From Actinomycetota bacterium (GTDB lineage: Bacteria; Actinomycetota; Actinomycetes; S36-B12): 64,000 nucleotides of DNA. The position numbers and the translations under genes are program-made. The notes beneath the pieces were generated by a model, which was not told where the DNA came from, made no database searches, and worked only from the letters and a program-made list of their open reading frames with translations. Positions 25,965 to 34,245 of this stretch are shown in pieces. Position 1 is the first letter of the stretch, and each line of letters begins with the position of its first letter. The stretch is from positions 260,077-324,076 of the forward strand of contig JAUSDJ010000017.1 of assembly GCA_030650795.1 (NCBI GenBank). The letters are read 5' to 3'.

Positions 25965-26390
25965 ATGCGAACAACGAATCTGCGCTTAATCGAATGCCAG
26001 GTGTCCCGCCGTGCCACGCCTCTGAACCGCGCCTGGTCCTGGGCCAGCGCCATCCGCACCACGATTGACACTGCGCCCACAAGGCTCTGCTGCTGGGACT
26101 TGCCCCCGCAGCCGCTCGCGTGGTTAGCCCTCGAGATGCAGTGGGCCTGCGAGGACCTCGTGGAAGCCGGCGCCTGGCCAAGCGATGTCGACCTCGATCT
26201 CCCGGGCATCAAGAGCCCATGCCAAGTGCGCCAACTCGTCGAGTCGATGCTCACACACCTCCAGTCACTGTCCAGCGCTGACATCGAAGAATCCACCGTT
26301 CTGGTGGAAACGCGCGCCCGGGCAAGGGCATGCCTGCTCGCACTCCAGAGCGATCGGCGAGATGGCGTGCGCGCTGCGGATGCAGCGTGA
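25965..26390 (+). CDS. Hypothetical protein (141 aa)
   Basis: The ATG has GGAG 5-6 nt upstream, and the stop overlaps the GTG start of the next gene (GTGA). Confidence 0.5.
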   Translation: MRTTNLRLIECQVSRRATPLNRAWSWASAIRTTIDTAPTRLCCWDLPPQPLAWLALEMQWACEDLVEAGAWPSDVDLDLPGIKSPCQVRQLVESMLTHLQSLSSADIEESTVLVETRARARACLLALQSDRRDGVRAADAA

Positions 26391-27439
26391 CTGCCCCATC
26401 GACCGTCGGCGCGCGCCAGGCGCGTGCGAGCCGGACCCCGGAACAGCGCCAGGCCGACCTTGAGGCAACACTCGCCACATTGCAGGCTGGCGTTGCATCG
26501 CTGCAGACCTCGGACGGCTGGCGGGCGTGGCTGGATTTTGCTGCGCGCATGCCCGCGTACTCACTCAACAACCAACTGCTCATCGTGGCGCAGCGACCGA
26601 CCGCATCAGCCGTTGCCAGTTACACCGCTTGGAAGTCACTTGGACGACAGGTGCGCCGGGGAGGGACCGGGATCCGGATCCTGGCACCCACGACCCGAAG
26701 GATTACTCGGGATGGGGGCGCGGACGCGGACGACAACGCAGCGCCCGAGCCTGACGATGCTGACGTTCGGGAGCAGTCTCGACGCGTGTTGACGGGTTTT
26801 CGCACGGTGGCGGTCTTCGACGTGGCCCAGACTGACGGCGACCCGCTGCCAGTGCCGCAACGCCCCGCACTGCTGCAGGGACAAGCACCTGAAGGACTGT
26901 GGGGCGCCCTTGCGCATCAGGTTGCTGCGGCCAATTTCACGCTCACCCGCGTCGCAGATGCGGCCATGATCGGTGGCGCGAATGGCGTGACGGATTTCGG
27001 AGCCCGCACAGTTCGGGTGCGCATGGACGTCAGTGAAGCGCAGGCCGTTAAGACGCTGGCCCATGAACTTGGGCATGTGATGTTGCATGATCCGGCGTCC
27101 GATCCGACCTGGTCGATGCCGTGCCGGGAAGTCAAAGAAGTCGAGGCCGAGTCCGTGGCATACGTGGTCACAGCTCATGCTGGGCTTGACTCATCGGAGT
27201 ACACCTTCGGCTACGTCGCCGGGTGGTCCGCGGGGACTTCACCTGAGGTGATCACCAAGGTTGCTGGTCGCGTGCTCGCGACCGCGCGCAGCATCACGGA
27301 ACGACTCGACCTCCCTGCAGCTGCGGAACTTGTCGACCACGCAGTTTCCGGTACTCGGCTTGACATGCAAGTACGGGATCGCCTCAAGCCAGCTCAACTC
27401 TCGCCAGCTGGAGCAGGCACGCACTCGCTAACGCAGTAA
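26387..27439 (+). CDS. ArdC-like anti-restriction protein (ssDNA-binding N-domain + zinc metalloprotease)
   Basis: The N-terminal region has YSLNNQLLIVAQRP..ASYTAWKSLGRQVRRGGTGIRILAP, an ArdC_N/DUF1738 pattern. A HELGHVMLHD metalloprotease motif follows. Confidence 0.75.
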   Translation: MTAPSTVGARQARASRTPEQRQADLEATLATLQAGVASLQTSDGWRAWLDFAARMPAYSLNNQLLIVAQRPTASAVASYTAWKSLGRQVRRGGTGIRILAPTTRRITRDGGADADDNAAPEPDDADVREQSRRVLTGFRTVAVFDVAQTDGDPLPVPQRPALLQGQAPEGLWGALAHQVAAANFTLTRVADAAMIGGANGVTDFGARTVRVRMDVSEAQAVKTLAHELGHVMLHDPASDPTWSMPCREVKEVEAESVAYVVTAHAGLDSSEYTFGYVAGWSAGTSPEVITKVAGRVLATARSITERLDLPAAAELVDHAVSGTRLDMQVRDRLKPAQLSPAGAGTHSLTQ

Positions 27440-27473
27440 CGAGTTCTCGCGGTCTGTGGTGCGGGTTCGACGG

Positions 27474-28157
27474 CTATGCCCAGGAGATCGACGGTGGCTG
27501 CTGCGTGGTGCCGGGAGCTGTGGCGTCGACGCCTTGACTGCGTGCGTGTTCGAGGACTGGTTCGACCTCATTGGTGTAGTCATCTAGGCCGCGATCCTGT
27601 GCGATGGCTTGCAGGGCCTTGCCTGTGGACCAGTGGATGGCGTTGCGGGCATGGAACACCGCGATGGTTGCCCCTGTCGTACCGGTGAGATCGACGTCGG
27701 TGAGATCGGCCCCAGCCAGGGCCGCCCCAGTGACGTCTGCATTTGTGAGATTGGCTTTGGCGAGATCGGCGCGCAGGAAGGACGCTGATCGGGCGTCTGC
27801 GCCGGTCAGGTTCGCGCCTGCCAGGCAGGCGCCATCAAAGACCGCCCCGGTGAGGTCGGCGTTGGCTAGGCAGGCGCCCGAGAAATCGGCCCGTCGGAGG
27901 TCGGCGTTGGCCAGGCAGGCGCCCGTGAGGTCCGCCGCGGTAAGCGTTGCGCCGTGCAGAACCGCTCCGCTCAGATCCGCGCCAGGGAATTTGGCACCGC
28001 GAAGGTCTGCCCCTGTGAAGTCGGCACCGTCCAGTTGGGCGCCGGTGAAGTCCGCGCCAGCCAGATCGGCACGGATGAACCGGGCATCAGACAGCGCCGC
28101 TCCTGCGAATGGTCCTGCCAGCACAGTTGAAGCGGGCTTGGGATCGGGTTCTGCCAT
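27474..28157 (-). CDS. Pentapeptide-repeat protein
   Basis: About 30 consecutive A(D/N)L/FxG pentapeptides are present (ADLAGADFTGAQLDGADFTGADLRGAKF...). The ATG at 28157 has GGAGG 5 nt upstream. Confidence 0.85.
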   Translation of the reverse strand: MAEPDPKPASTVLAGPFAGAALSDARFIRADLAGADFTGAQLDGADFTGADLRGAKFPGADLSGAVLHGATLTAADLTGACLANADLRRADFSGACLANADLTGAVFDGACLAGANLTGADARSASFLRADLAKANLTNADVTGAALAGADLTDVDLTGTTGATIAVFHARNAIHWSTGKALQAIAQDRGLDDYTNEVEPVLEHARSQGVDATAPGTTQQPPSISWA

Positions 28158-28282
28158 GTGTGCCTCCAACGTGACGTGCGTGCTTCCTGCGGGCGTGACG
28201 GACGAGCACTCGCCGAGTTGCGCGAAGTGTCCTACTTAGTCAACGGTGTCAGCGGGCTCGGTACCGACCGTTTTCGCCACGT

Positions 28283-28930
28283 TCACGAGCTGGCTCGCGC
28301 CTGAGAGTTGCTGCCGTCGCTGTCCGGGTCGATCGCGGCCAGGCGCCAGATGCCGTCGGCGATGGCTTGCGCACGTTTGGCCTTGGTGTCGAAGTGCACC
28401 AGACCCAAGTATTCGTTGATGAGCTGTCCGTTGAGGAAGGCGCTCAATTCCCAAGCCTGCACGTCGGGACGCGCCCATCCTGCGGCCTTGCCAGCCTCTA
28501 GCCCTTGCGCCAGTGCGGCCTCGCGCGGCTTCAAGACGTGCTCTTGCACGGCGGCAAGGAGTTCAGGCGTGCTGTGGGCGTGCGTGATGACCGTTGCCAG
28601 TAGGCGGGGCAGTCGCATCGGTAGCAGCGAACTTTCGCGAGCAGCGGCCAGGATCCTGTCCCGAGGGGTTCCCAAGCGATTCAGGTCAGTAGCCAATGCG
28701 GGCATCTGCCGGATTGCGGCTACGGCAAGATCGACCAGCGAGGGATAGTGGCGGTAGATGGTCCTGCGATTGATTCCACTGGAGGCCGCCAGGGCGTCGA
28801 CGGTGAAGCCGTCATAGCCCCGCTCGACCAGAAGATCCAGTGCGTGCGCAGCGATCGATGCGTGCAACTGGGTCCATGCGGCGCCACCGGTGTGGACACC
28901 CTTGATGGCTTTCGATGGGTTCGCTGACAT
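28283..28930 (-). CDS. TetR-family transcriptional regulator
   Basis: The N-terminal HTH reads LLVERGYDGFTVDALAASSGINRRTIYRHYPS. The ATG is at 28930. Confidence 0.8.
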   Translation of the reverse strand: MSANPSKAIKGVHTGGAAWTQLHASIAAHALDLLVERGYDGFTVDALAASSGINRRTIYRHYPSLVDLAVAAIRQMPALATDLNRLGTPRDRILAAARESSLLPMRLPRLLATVITHAHSTPELLAAVQEHVLKPREAALAQGLEAGKAAGWARPDVQAWELSAFLNGQLINEYLGLVHFDTKAKRAQAIADGIWRLAAIDPDSDGSNSQARASS

Positions 28931-28963
28931 ACCAGCATCGTATTGCACGCTGCGGCAAATATC

Positions 28964-29059
28964 TGTCACAGACTTGTGCTGGTCTATGAATGTTTCATTT
29001 CTGTAAAAGTGACATCAAGCCTTTGTCAGAACCATTGTTTACCTTGTTATAAGTGTCAT
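28964..29059. promoter_or_regulatory. AT-rich divergent promoter/operator region between the TetR gene and the secreted-protein gene
   Basis: A perfect 13-bp palindrome ATGAATGTTTCAT lies at 28986-28998. TGTCA pentamers sit at 28964, 29024 and 29054 (60 and 30 bp apart), with an inverted GTGACA at 29009-29014. Confidence 0.5.
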
Positions 29060-29099
29060 AGTTCTCTGTATAGCCATTCGGTCAAACAAGGAGAACATC

Positions 29100-30281
29100 A
29101 TGAAGACCAACCGCAAGGCAACCCTGGCCATCACCACCCTGGCAGCGGGAACCCTGATCTACGCACCAGCTGCATTCGCCGATCCCGTCGCATCCAGCGT
29201 CATCGCCCAGGACCCGACGCCCGCACCCACCGTTGCACCGGACGCGACCGTGATCGGTGTGGACGCCAACATCGTTGGCGGCCTGACCGTCACCGGCGCG
29301 GCAGGCAAGCCCGTCACTGTGACCGCCAAAGGTCAAGCCCCGCGCATGGCTACTGCTGGCCCTGGTGCTCCGGTGGTGTTTCGCAAGCTGTCCACCGGCG
29401 TCCCGTATGCCGTAGCGATCGCCGGCAGGACCATCGGCATCGCAACACCGCTGGCAGCTCCCGGCGCAGCCTTCGGACTCACCGTTTCGACAACGACAAC
29501 CCCGGGATCCGTGCAACTGGACTGGCAGCACCAGACCGCGCGCAGCGAAGGCAAGGTCAGCTACACCATCACGGCCACTCCAACCGGTACGCAACTGCGC
29601 ACTGCTGCAGAAGTCGCGCCGGTGCGCGCAATAGCCAACGTGACCAGCGCAACCTTGACCGGCCTGAACCCCGACACCCTGTACACCTTCACCGTCACCC
29701 CCACCAACACCGCAGCCACGGGACAAGCCTCATCGGCAACGATGACCCGTACCCTCGCCGACCTGTCCGCTGCCAACAAGCCAGCAGCTGTAGCTATACC
29801 ACTGCCCAAGGCCGCTGACCCTGCTCCAGCCCCCGCACCGGCTTCGGCACCTACTCCTGCCGGCCCAACCACGCGCACGATCTACGTCTGCCCCACCGGA
29901 TTCACCGACGCGGGATCACTGTGCAACAAGACGCAGACGTACACCTTCCACTCCGTGACCACCACAAGCCCCTACAGCTATCACCAGCAGTTCGTGCAAA
30001 CCGGATCGCACACCGACTACTCCGCCTCACCAAACGGTGGCACCTACTACGCGCAAGATGCCTGGAACGGCAACGATGGCAGCCCCGCGGGCTACTACGC
30101 CGTCATCCCCGACGGGTACTACGCAACAGTCAAGGACGCCCCGCCTACCGGGTACACCGACAACGGGTCCGCGTACAGCAAGACCGAACTCGTCAAGGAC
30201 ACAGCCCCTGTCGGCTATAGCGACAACGGAACCGCCTGGATCACCACCGCAGCCAAGGTCGCCCAAGAAGTCCCCGCCTAG
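29100..30281 (+). CDS. Secreted protein with a fibronectin type III-like domain and C-terminal PxG[YF][TS]DxG repeats
   Basis: AAGGAG RBS and signal peptide MKTNRKATLAITTLAAGTLIYAPAAFA. An FN3-like segment reads VQLDW...TLTGLNPDTLYTFTVTP. A Pro/Ala linker is followed by three PTGFTDAGS / PTGYTDNGS / PVGYSDNGT repeats. Confidence 0.7.
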   Translation: MKTNRKATLAITTLAAGTLIYAPAAFADPVASSVIAQDPTPAPTVAPDATVIGVDANIVGGLTVTGAAGKPVTVTAKGQAPRMATAGPGAPVVFRKLSTGVPYAVAIAGRTIGIATPLAAPGAAFGLTVSTTTTPGSVQLDWQHQTARSEGKVSYTITATPTGTQLRTAAEVAPVRAIANVTSATLTGLNPDTLYTFTVTPTNTAATGQASSATMTRTLADLSAANKPAAVAIPLPKAADPAPAPAPASAPTPAGPTTRTIYVCPTGFTDAGSLCNKTQTYTFHSVTTTSPYSYHQQFVQTGSHTDYSASPNGGTYYAQDAWNGNDGSPAGYYAVIPDGYYATVKDAPPTGYTDNGSAYSKTELVKDTAPVGYSDNGTAWITTAAKVAQEVPA

Positions 30282-30354
30282 ACAGGCAGACAGCTCCACA
30301 GCTGCTTCGACTACAGCCCGCCATCACCCCAAACCTCATAGAGAAGGCACAGCC

Positions 30355-31194
30355 ATGCGTAACAACGAACTGGAATCACTGATCAACGACCCCGACCTGA
30401 ACACGCCAGCCGCGGCCCGCGTCCTGCTGGCCTTGGCGCAAAGCGTCTCGCGAGGCGACCCGGACATCGCCGGCGACGTCACCATCCTGCTGACCGAACG
30501 CCTCATGCCAGGCGGAGCCATCCGCACGCGCCTGACCACCCACGCGAACCCGGCTGCGCTGCTGACCCTCGCGGCCAAGAACGCCGCCGCACAAGCCTAT
30601 GAGTCCGCCGGCCGTTACAAACGCACCATTCCCCTGACCGAAGACGGCGACCTTGCCGCCATAGAACCGGCCCCATCGCCATTCTCCCCAACCATCGGGA
30701 TCTTCGACCTCCTAGAAGACCTCGGTTGGACACTGGCGCACCTGGAGATGCTGGCCATCCCCCGCAAGCGACCCGGGCGTTCGGTCCACCCAGGCATCGA
30801 AGCCGCCCTCGAAAGGGTCGCATCGTGCTTTGGGATCCCCGTGCGGTGCCCAGGCTGCCCCACCGACATGGAGCTCCTTCGCTTGGACCTGCGCGGCCCG
30901 ACTTCCTGGCCGCACCTAGTACCCGTACTACACGAATGGGGATGGGCCCACGAAGTCATCGACCTCATCACCACGTCGCCGGTCAACATCGCGCAGTGGC
31001 GAGATCTCGACATCCGACCACCAGCCCGGCAGGAGCGACGCATGGTCGAGATCGCCCGCAAGATGCGTGTCGAGCCTTGGCTGCTGCAGGACTCCCAGGC
31101 GATCCGCGACTCCGTGCGCACCACGCGTAGCAGGGCACCCCGCATCCAGATCGCCACGCCCCAGGGGTGGGGAGCCTGCGAAATGGCGTCGTAA
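30355..31194 (+). CDS. Hypothetical protein (279 aa)
   Basis: The ATG follows GAGAAGG. The upstream part of the longer ORF overlaps the previous gene in another frame, so the shorter start is used. No motif was recognised. Confidence 0.5.
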   Translation: MRNNELESLINDPDLNTPAAARVLLALAQSVSRGDPDIAGDVTILLTERLMPGGAIRTRLTTHANPAALLTLAAKNAAAQAYESAGRYKRTIPLTEDGDLAAIEPAPSPFSPTIGIFDLLEDLGWTLAHLEMLAIPRKRPGRSVHPGIEAALERVASCFGIPVRCPGCPTDMELLRLDLRGPTSWPHLVPVLHEWGWAHEVIDLITTSPVNIAQWRDLDIRPPARQERRMVEIARKMRVEPWLLQDSQAIRDSVRTTRSRAPRIQIATPQGWGACEMAS

Positions 31195-31195
31195 A

Positions 31196-31227
31196 TGCGA
31201 GGTACCGAGGGGGTGGGGCCGTTGATA
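31196..31227 (+). promoter_or_regulatory. Island intergenic motif copy C (ends in TTGATA)
   Basis: TGCGAGGTACCGAGGGGGTGGGGCCGTTGATA begins right after the stop of the 30355 gene and 69 nt upstream of the 31265 start. Confidence 0.5.
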
Positions 31228-31264
31228 AGGCAGAAGCACAATTCGTCCCCGCCCGGAGGTACCC

Positions 31265-32056
31265 GTGAACACCATCAGCGCCAGACCCATTACGCCTGGC
31301 GACATCGTCGCCGCCTTAGGCCACTGCGACCCCGACCAACTCGCCGCCGCCCTGGCCACCTGCCCAGACCCAGCGTTCGCGCAGCTAGCAGAAGCTGTTC
31401 TGGAAGCGGCCGTGCGCAAGGCCACCTACCCGCGCGCGCAGGTCATCGCCGAAGCGGACGCATTGCTGTATCAAGTGCTGTGCTCTCCAGTCGCCGACGC
31501 AACCCCCAACGGTGTCACCATGGATCCAGCCACCTACGCCCGCCACTCGGGCGCCAGCATCGCCGAAGCCGAACAGGTCCTGCAGCACATCGCATCAACC
31601 GAATCCCAAGCCTGCGACCAGTTGCTGGCCTCCGGAGTCGAACCCAACTTCACCCTTGAGCAAGCACAGGTCTACGACTGCATCGTGGCCTTGCGCAAAC
31701 AACAGCGAGTCCCGACCCGCCAGCTTGTCCGCGACCACGCCACCTCCGTTGCCGCATCAGCCATGCGTCCCGATGATGGAAATGAGCCCATCATCTACGC
31801 CTCAGATCCGACGCTTCTGCCTCGGATCGTGAGTCCGTCGCCAAAGGTTCATGTACTGCTGTGGCTCGACCGCATGGACGCGAACCCCCGAACGCCAGGA
31901 ATCCTCGAGGATCGAATTGCATATCTCCAGGATGCGAAGACGTCCATGGGCCAGGCTGCTCGAATATCCAGCGAGTTGGTACACCACGTCGAAGGCCCCA
32001 GGTGGCCGAAAACTCGTCCGAGTTCTTCCACACCTTCATTTCAACTGGCAGGTTGA
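31265..32056 (+). CDS. Hypothetical protein (263 aa)
   Basis: The GTG start has GGAGG 5 nt upstream. No motif was recognised. Confidence 0.5.
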   Translation: MNTISARPITPGDIVAALGHCDPDQLAAALATCPDPAFAQLAEAVLEAAVRKATYPRAQVIAEADALLYQVLCSPVADATPNGVTMDPATYARHSGASIAEAEQVLQHIASTESQACDQLLASGVEPNFTLEQAQVYDCIVALRKQQRVPTRQLVRDHATSVAASAMRPDDGNEPIIYASDPTLLPRIVSPSPKVHVLLWLDRMDANPRTPGILEDRIAYLQDAKTSMGQAARISSELVHHVEGPRWPKTRPSSSTPSFQLAG

Positions 32057-32057
32057 G

Positions 32058-32285
32058 ATGGCCTCCACCTCAATGGCTGCTAACGTGGACAGCCTTCTGA
32101 CGATCGAGCAAGCAGCTGAGATCCTCGCGGTGAACACACGCATGATTCGCCGTCTCGTCGAGAGTCGGCGCATCGCCTTCGTGAAGGTGGGGAGGCATGT
32201 GCGGTTTCGCGAATCGGACCTCGTGAGCGCCATGCAAGCGTGGACGATCCAGCCGTCTGCACGATCCGTATCCCGCCGGGGCTGA
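32058..32285 (+). CDS. Excisionase-family (HTH_17) DNA-binding protein, 75 aa
   Basis: The product contains LLTIEQAAEILAVNTRMIRRLVESRRIAFVKVGRHVRFRESDL. The start is 1 nt after the upstream stop. Confidence 0.7.
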   Translation: MASTSMAANVDSLLTIEQAAEILAVNTRMIRRLVESRRIAFVKVGRHVRFRESDLVSAMQAWTIQPSARSVSRRG

Positions 32286-32374
32286 TCCGTAGGTCTCCTG
32301 TGAACGCTCGAGGCTGTATTATGAGTGACCAACGTAACGAATTTCGTAACGATAGCCACTCTTTAGGGAAATTC

Positions 32375-33166
32375 ATGCCGACTGCCAGCGAACTCGCAGA
32401 CTGGCTCCTGTCTCGCGGACGCAGCGCCGTGACCACGGAGCAAGCCGCCGAGCTCCTCGGGGTGCAGCGCGACCAGGTGCGGGTTCGCCTGCACAAGCCG
32501 GTGGCCGATGGCAGCCTGTTCAGCCCTGGCCGCGGCCTGTGGATCGCGATTGCGCCGAAGTACCGCACCTGGGGGGCTCCACCAGCCGTGGAGTTCATCG
32601 ACACACTCATGACGCACCTGGACCGGGCCTACTACGTGGGTTGGCTATCAGCAGCTGAGATCCATGGCGCCGCTCATCAACGCCCGCAGGCAACGCAGAT
32701 TGCCGTGGACCGGCCCACTGAGAATCGATCCTTCGGGCGGGCGCATCTGCGCTTCTACCGCCAGTCGAAAGCCGCGGGCCTGCCTCGTCAACATCACAGC
32801 GTGGAGTCCGGGCAGGTGTGGATCTCAACGCCTGAGCTGACCGCTGTGGATCTCGTGGACCGCCCTGAACTGGGCGGCGGGGTCAGCAATGTCGCAACCG
32901 TGCTGTACGAACTCGCCGAGAGCGTTCCATTGGACCCCGAAGGTCTTGCAGTTGTCGCCGCGGGGTTTTCGACCACGGCCGTCCGCCGGCTCGGATTCCT
33001 GCTGGACCTGGTCGGAGCCGACGTCGACACCGGCCCGCTGGGCCACCGTGCAACCGTGCAACCAATGGGCCATCCCGCACTGCTGGATCCACGCATGCCC
33101 CGACGTGGCCATGTCGACCTCCGGTGGGGCATCTGCGTGAATACCGATGTGGAGCCCGACCTGTGA
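32375..33166 (+). CDS. abiEi: AbiEi-family type IV antitoxin / transcriptional regulator
   Basis: The N-terminal winged HTH reads ASELADWLLSRGRSAVTTEQAAELLGV..VRVRLHKPVADGSLFSPGRGLW. The gene pairs with a downstream nucleotidyltransferase. An alternative ATG lies at 32321. Confidence 0.7.
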   Translation: MPTASELADWLLSRGRSAVTTEQAAELLGVQRDQVRVRLHKPVADGSLFSPGRGLWIAIAPKYRTWGAPPAVEFIDTLMTHLDRAYYVGWLSAAEIHGAAHQRPQATQIAVDRPTENRSFGRAHLRFYRQSKAAGLPRQHHSVESGQVWISTPELTAVDLVDRPELGGGVSNVATVLYELAESVPLDPEGLAVVAAGFSTTAVRRLGFLLDLVGADVDTGPLGHRATVQPMGHPALLDPRMPRRGHVDLRWGICVNTDVEPDL

Positions 33167-33945
33167 TCCCAGCCGCGTTCGTCACCGACTGGAGCCTGCA
33201 CGCTCCGTGGCCCACCATGGCCCAGGTGGAGCAGGATCTGCTGCTCAGCCGGGTGCTCATTGAGATCTACCGCGACCCGTACCTCAGTCGCGAACTCGTC
33301 TTCCGCGGCGGAACATGCCTGCACAAGCTGCACCTGAATCCGCCTCGCCGCTACAGCGAGGACCTGGACTTCGTGCGAACCACGCAGTCAGGCATCGCCC
33401 CCATCACGCAGGCAGTCAGCGCCCTGGGTCAACGCCTGGGCTTCGAGGTCTCCACACGCATCAGCCAGCAGCCGAAGATCTACTTGCGCACAAGAGCTGC
33501 GGACGGCTCGACCCTGCGGATCAAGGTCGAGATCAACACGCACGAGCGCTCCCCCGCCCTCCCGCTTATCGCCATCCCGCACGTCGTCGGATCGCCGTGG
33601 TGGACGGGCCAGGCGGAAATTCTCACCTTCACCCCAGCCGAACTGGTGTCAACGAAGATTCGCGCCCTGCACCAGCGCAAGAAGGGCCGCGATCTGTTCG
33701 ACCTGTGGCTAGCCCTCACGGACCTTGGTATCGATCCGGACGACATCCTTGCCGCCTACCCCACCTACGCCCCGCCCGGGCTCACCTCAAAGCGCGCCGA
33801 GGCAGACCTGCGTGCCAAGATGGCTGACCCCGGCTTCCGCGAGGACATCGCACCACTGGTTGAGCCTTGGCCCATCGGCTACAACATCGATGCCGCCGGT
33901 GAACTGGTCATCGCGCAGCTGCTCAGCAAACTCCCTCGCCCCTGA
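33163..33945 (+). CDS. abiEii: AbiEii/AbiGii-family nucleotidyltransferase toxin (DUF1814)
   Basis: The GTG overlaps the abiEi stop (GTGA). The motif FRGGTCLHKLHL...RYSEDLDF is typical of the family. Confidence 0.75.
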   Translation: MIPAAFVTDWSLHAPWPTMAQVEQDLLLSRVLIEIYRDPYLSRELVFRGGTCLHKLHLNPPRRYSEDLDFVRTTQSGIAPITQAVSALGQRLGFEVSTRISQQPKIYLRTRAADGSTLRIKVEINTHERSPALPLIAIPHVVGSPWWTGQAEILTFTPAELVSTKIRALHQRKKGRDLFDLWLALTDLGIDPDDILAAYPTYAPPGLTSKRAEADLRAKMADPGFREDIAPLVEPWPIGYNIDAAGELVIAQLLSKLPRP

Positions 33946-34045
33946 ACCTTCCGCGTGACCTCACGACGCAGAACGAAGTCAGCAGTTCACATCGCGGCAT
34001 TCGCCCTGTACAGCCTAGGTTGACCTGACCGATTCGCCCGATTTC

Positions 34046-34068
34046 GGCGTGCAATAGGCGTGCAATAG
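34046..34068 (+). repeat. Tandem pair of the 11-mer GGCGTGCAATA (copy set 1)
   Basis: The sequence GGCGTGCAATAGGCGTGCAATAG is identical to 34140-34162. Confidence 0.8.
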
Positions 34069-34139
34069 CGACCCGCAGGTCGAGATCGAACTGAACTCCC
34101 CCCGTTGAGGTGCAACCCCTTACGTGGCAATATCTTTCC

Positions 34140-34162
34140 GGCGTGCAATAGGCGTGCAATAG
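34140..34162 (+). repeat. Tandem pair of the 11-mer GGCGTGCAATA (copy set 2)
   Basis: It is identical to the 23-mer 94 bp upstream. Degenerate GTGCAAC / GTGGCAATA variants lie between the two sets. Confidence 0.8.
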
Positions 34163-34215
34163 TGAGAGGGGTCAAGAGGGCACGAAAGGGGCTCAGCGGC
34201 AATCCTCGAATAGAG

Positions 34216-34245
34216 AAAACCCCTTGATTTACAAGGGGTTTTCTC
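34216..34245. terminator. Bidirectional rho-independent terminator hairpin
   Basis: An 11-bp stem AAAACCCCTTG / CAAGGGGTTTT with loop ATTTA has T-runs on both strands. It lies immediately 3' of tRNA-Met. Confidence 0.75.

Larger units (their letters stand above)
1..34245. mobile_element. Integrated mobilizable/conjugative genomic island (partial; left end outside window) adjoining the 3' end of tRNA-Met
   Basis: The block holds a relaxase, DUF4192, ArdC-like, two Xis-type HTH genes, an AbiE TA pair and BREX. It ends about 300 bp from the 3' end of a tRNA gene, and the conserved housekeeping synteny resumes immediately beyond the tRNA. Confidence 0.6.

Noticed and set aside
27560-28100. 15-bp periodic DNA repeats (checked as a possible CRISPR or tandem array), and the 211-aa antisense ORF 27604-28239
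   Set aside because: The periodicity is the DNA image of the pentapeptide-repeat coding sequence, with no spacer-repeat structure. The antisense ORF is a by-product of the repeat and of the high GC content.
30037-30354. N-terminal extension of the 30355 gene (ORF track start 30037)
   Set aside because: The extension overlaps the C-terminus of the well-supported secreted FN3 gene in another frame and is Pro/Thr/Arg-rich low-complexity sequence. ATG 30355 follows the upstream stop and has a purine-rich RBS.
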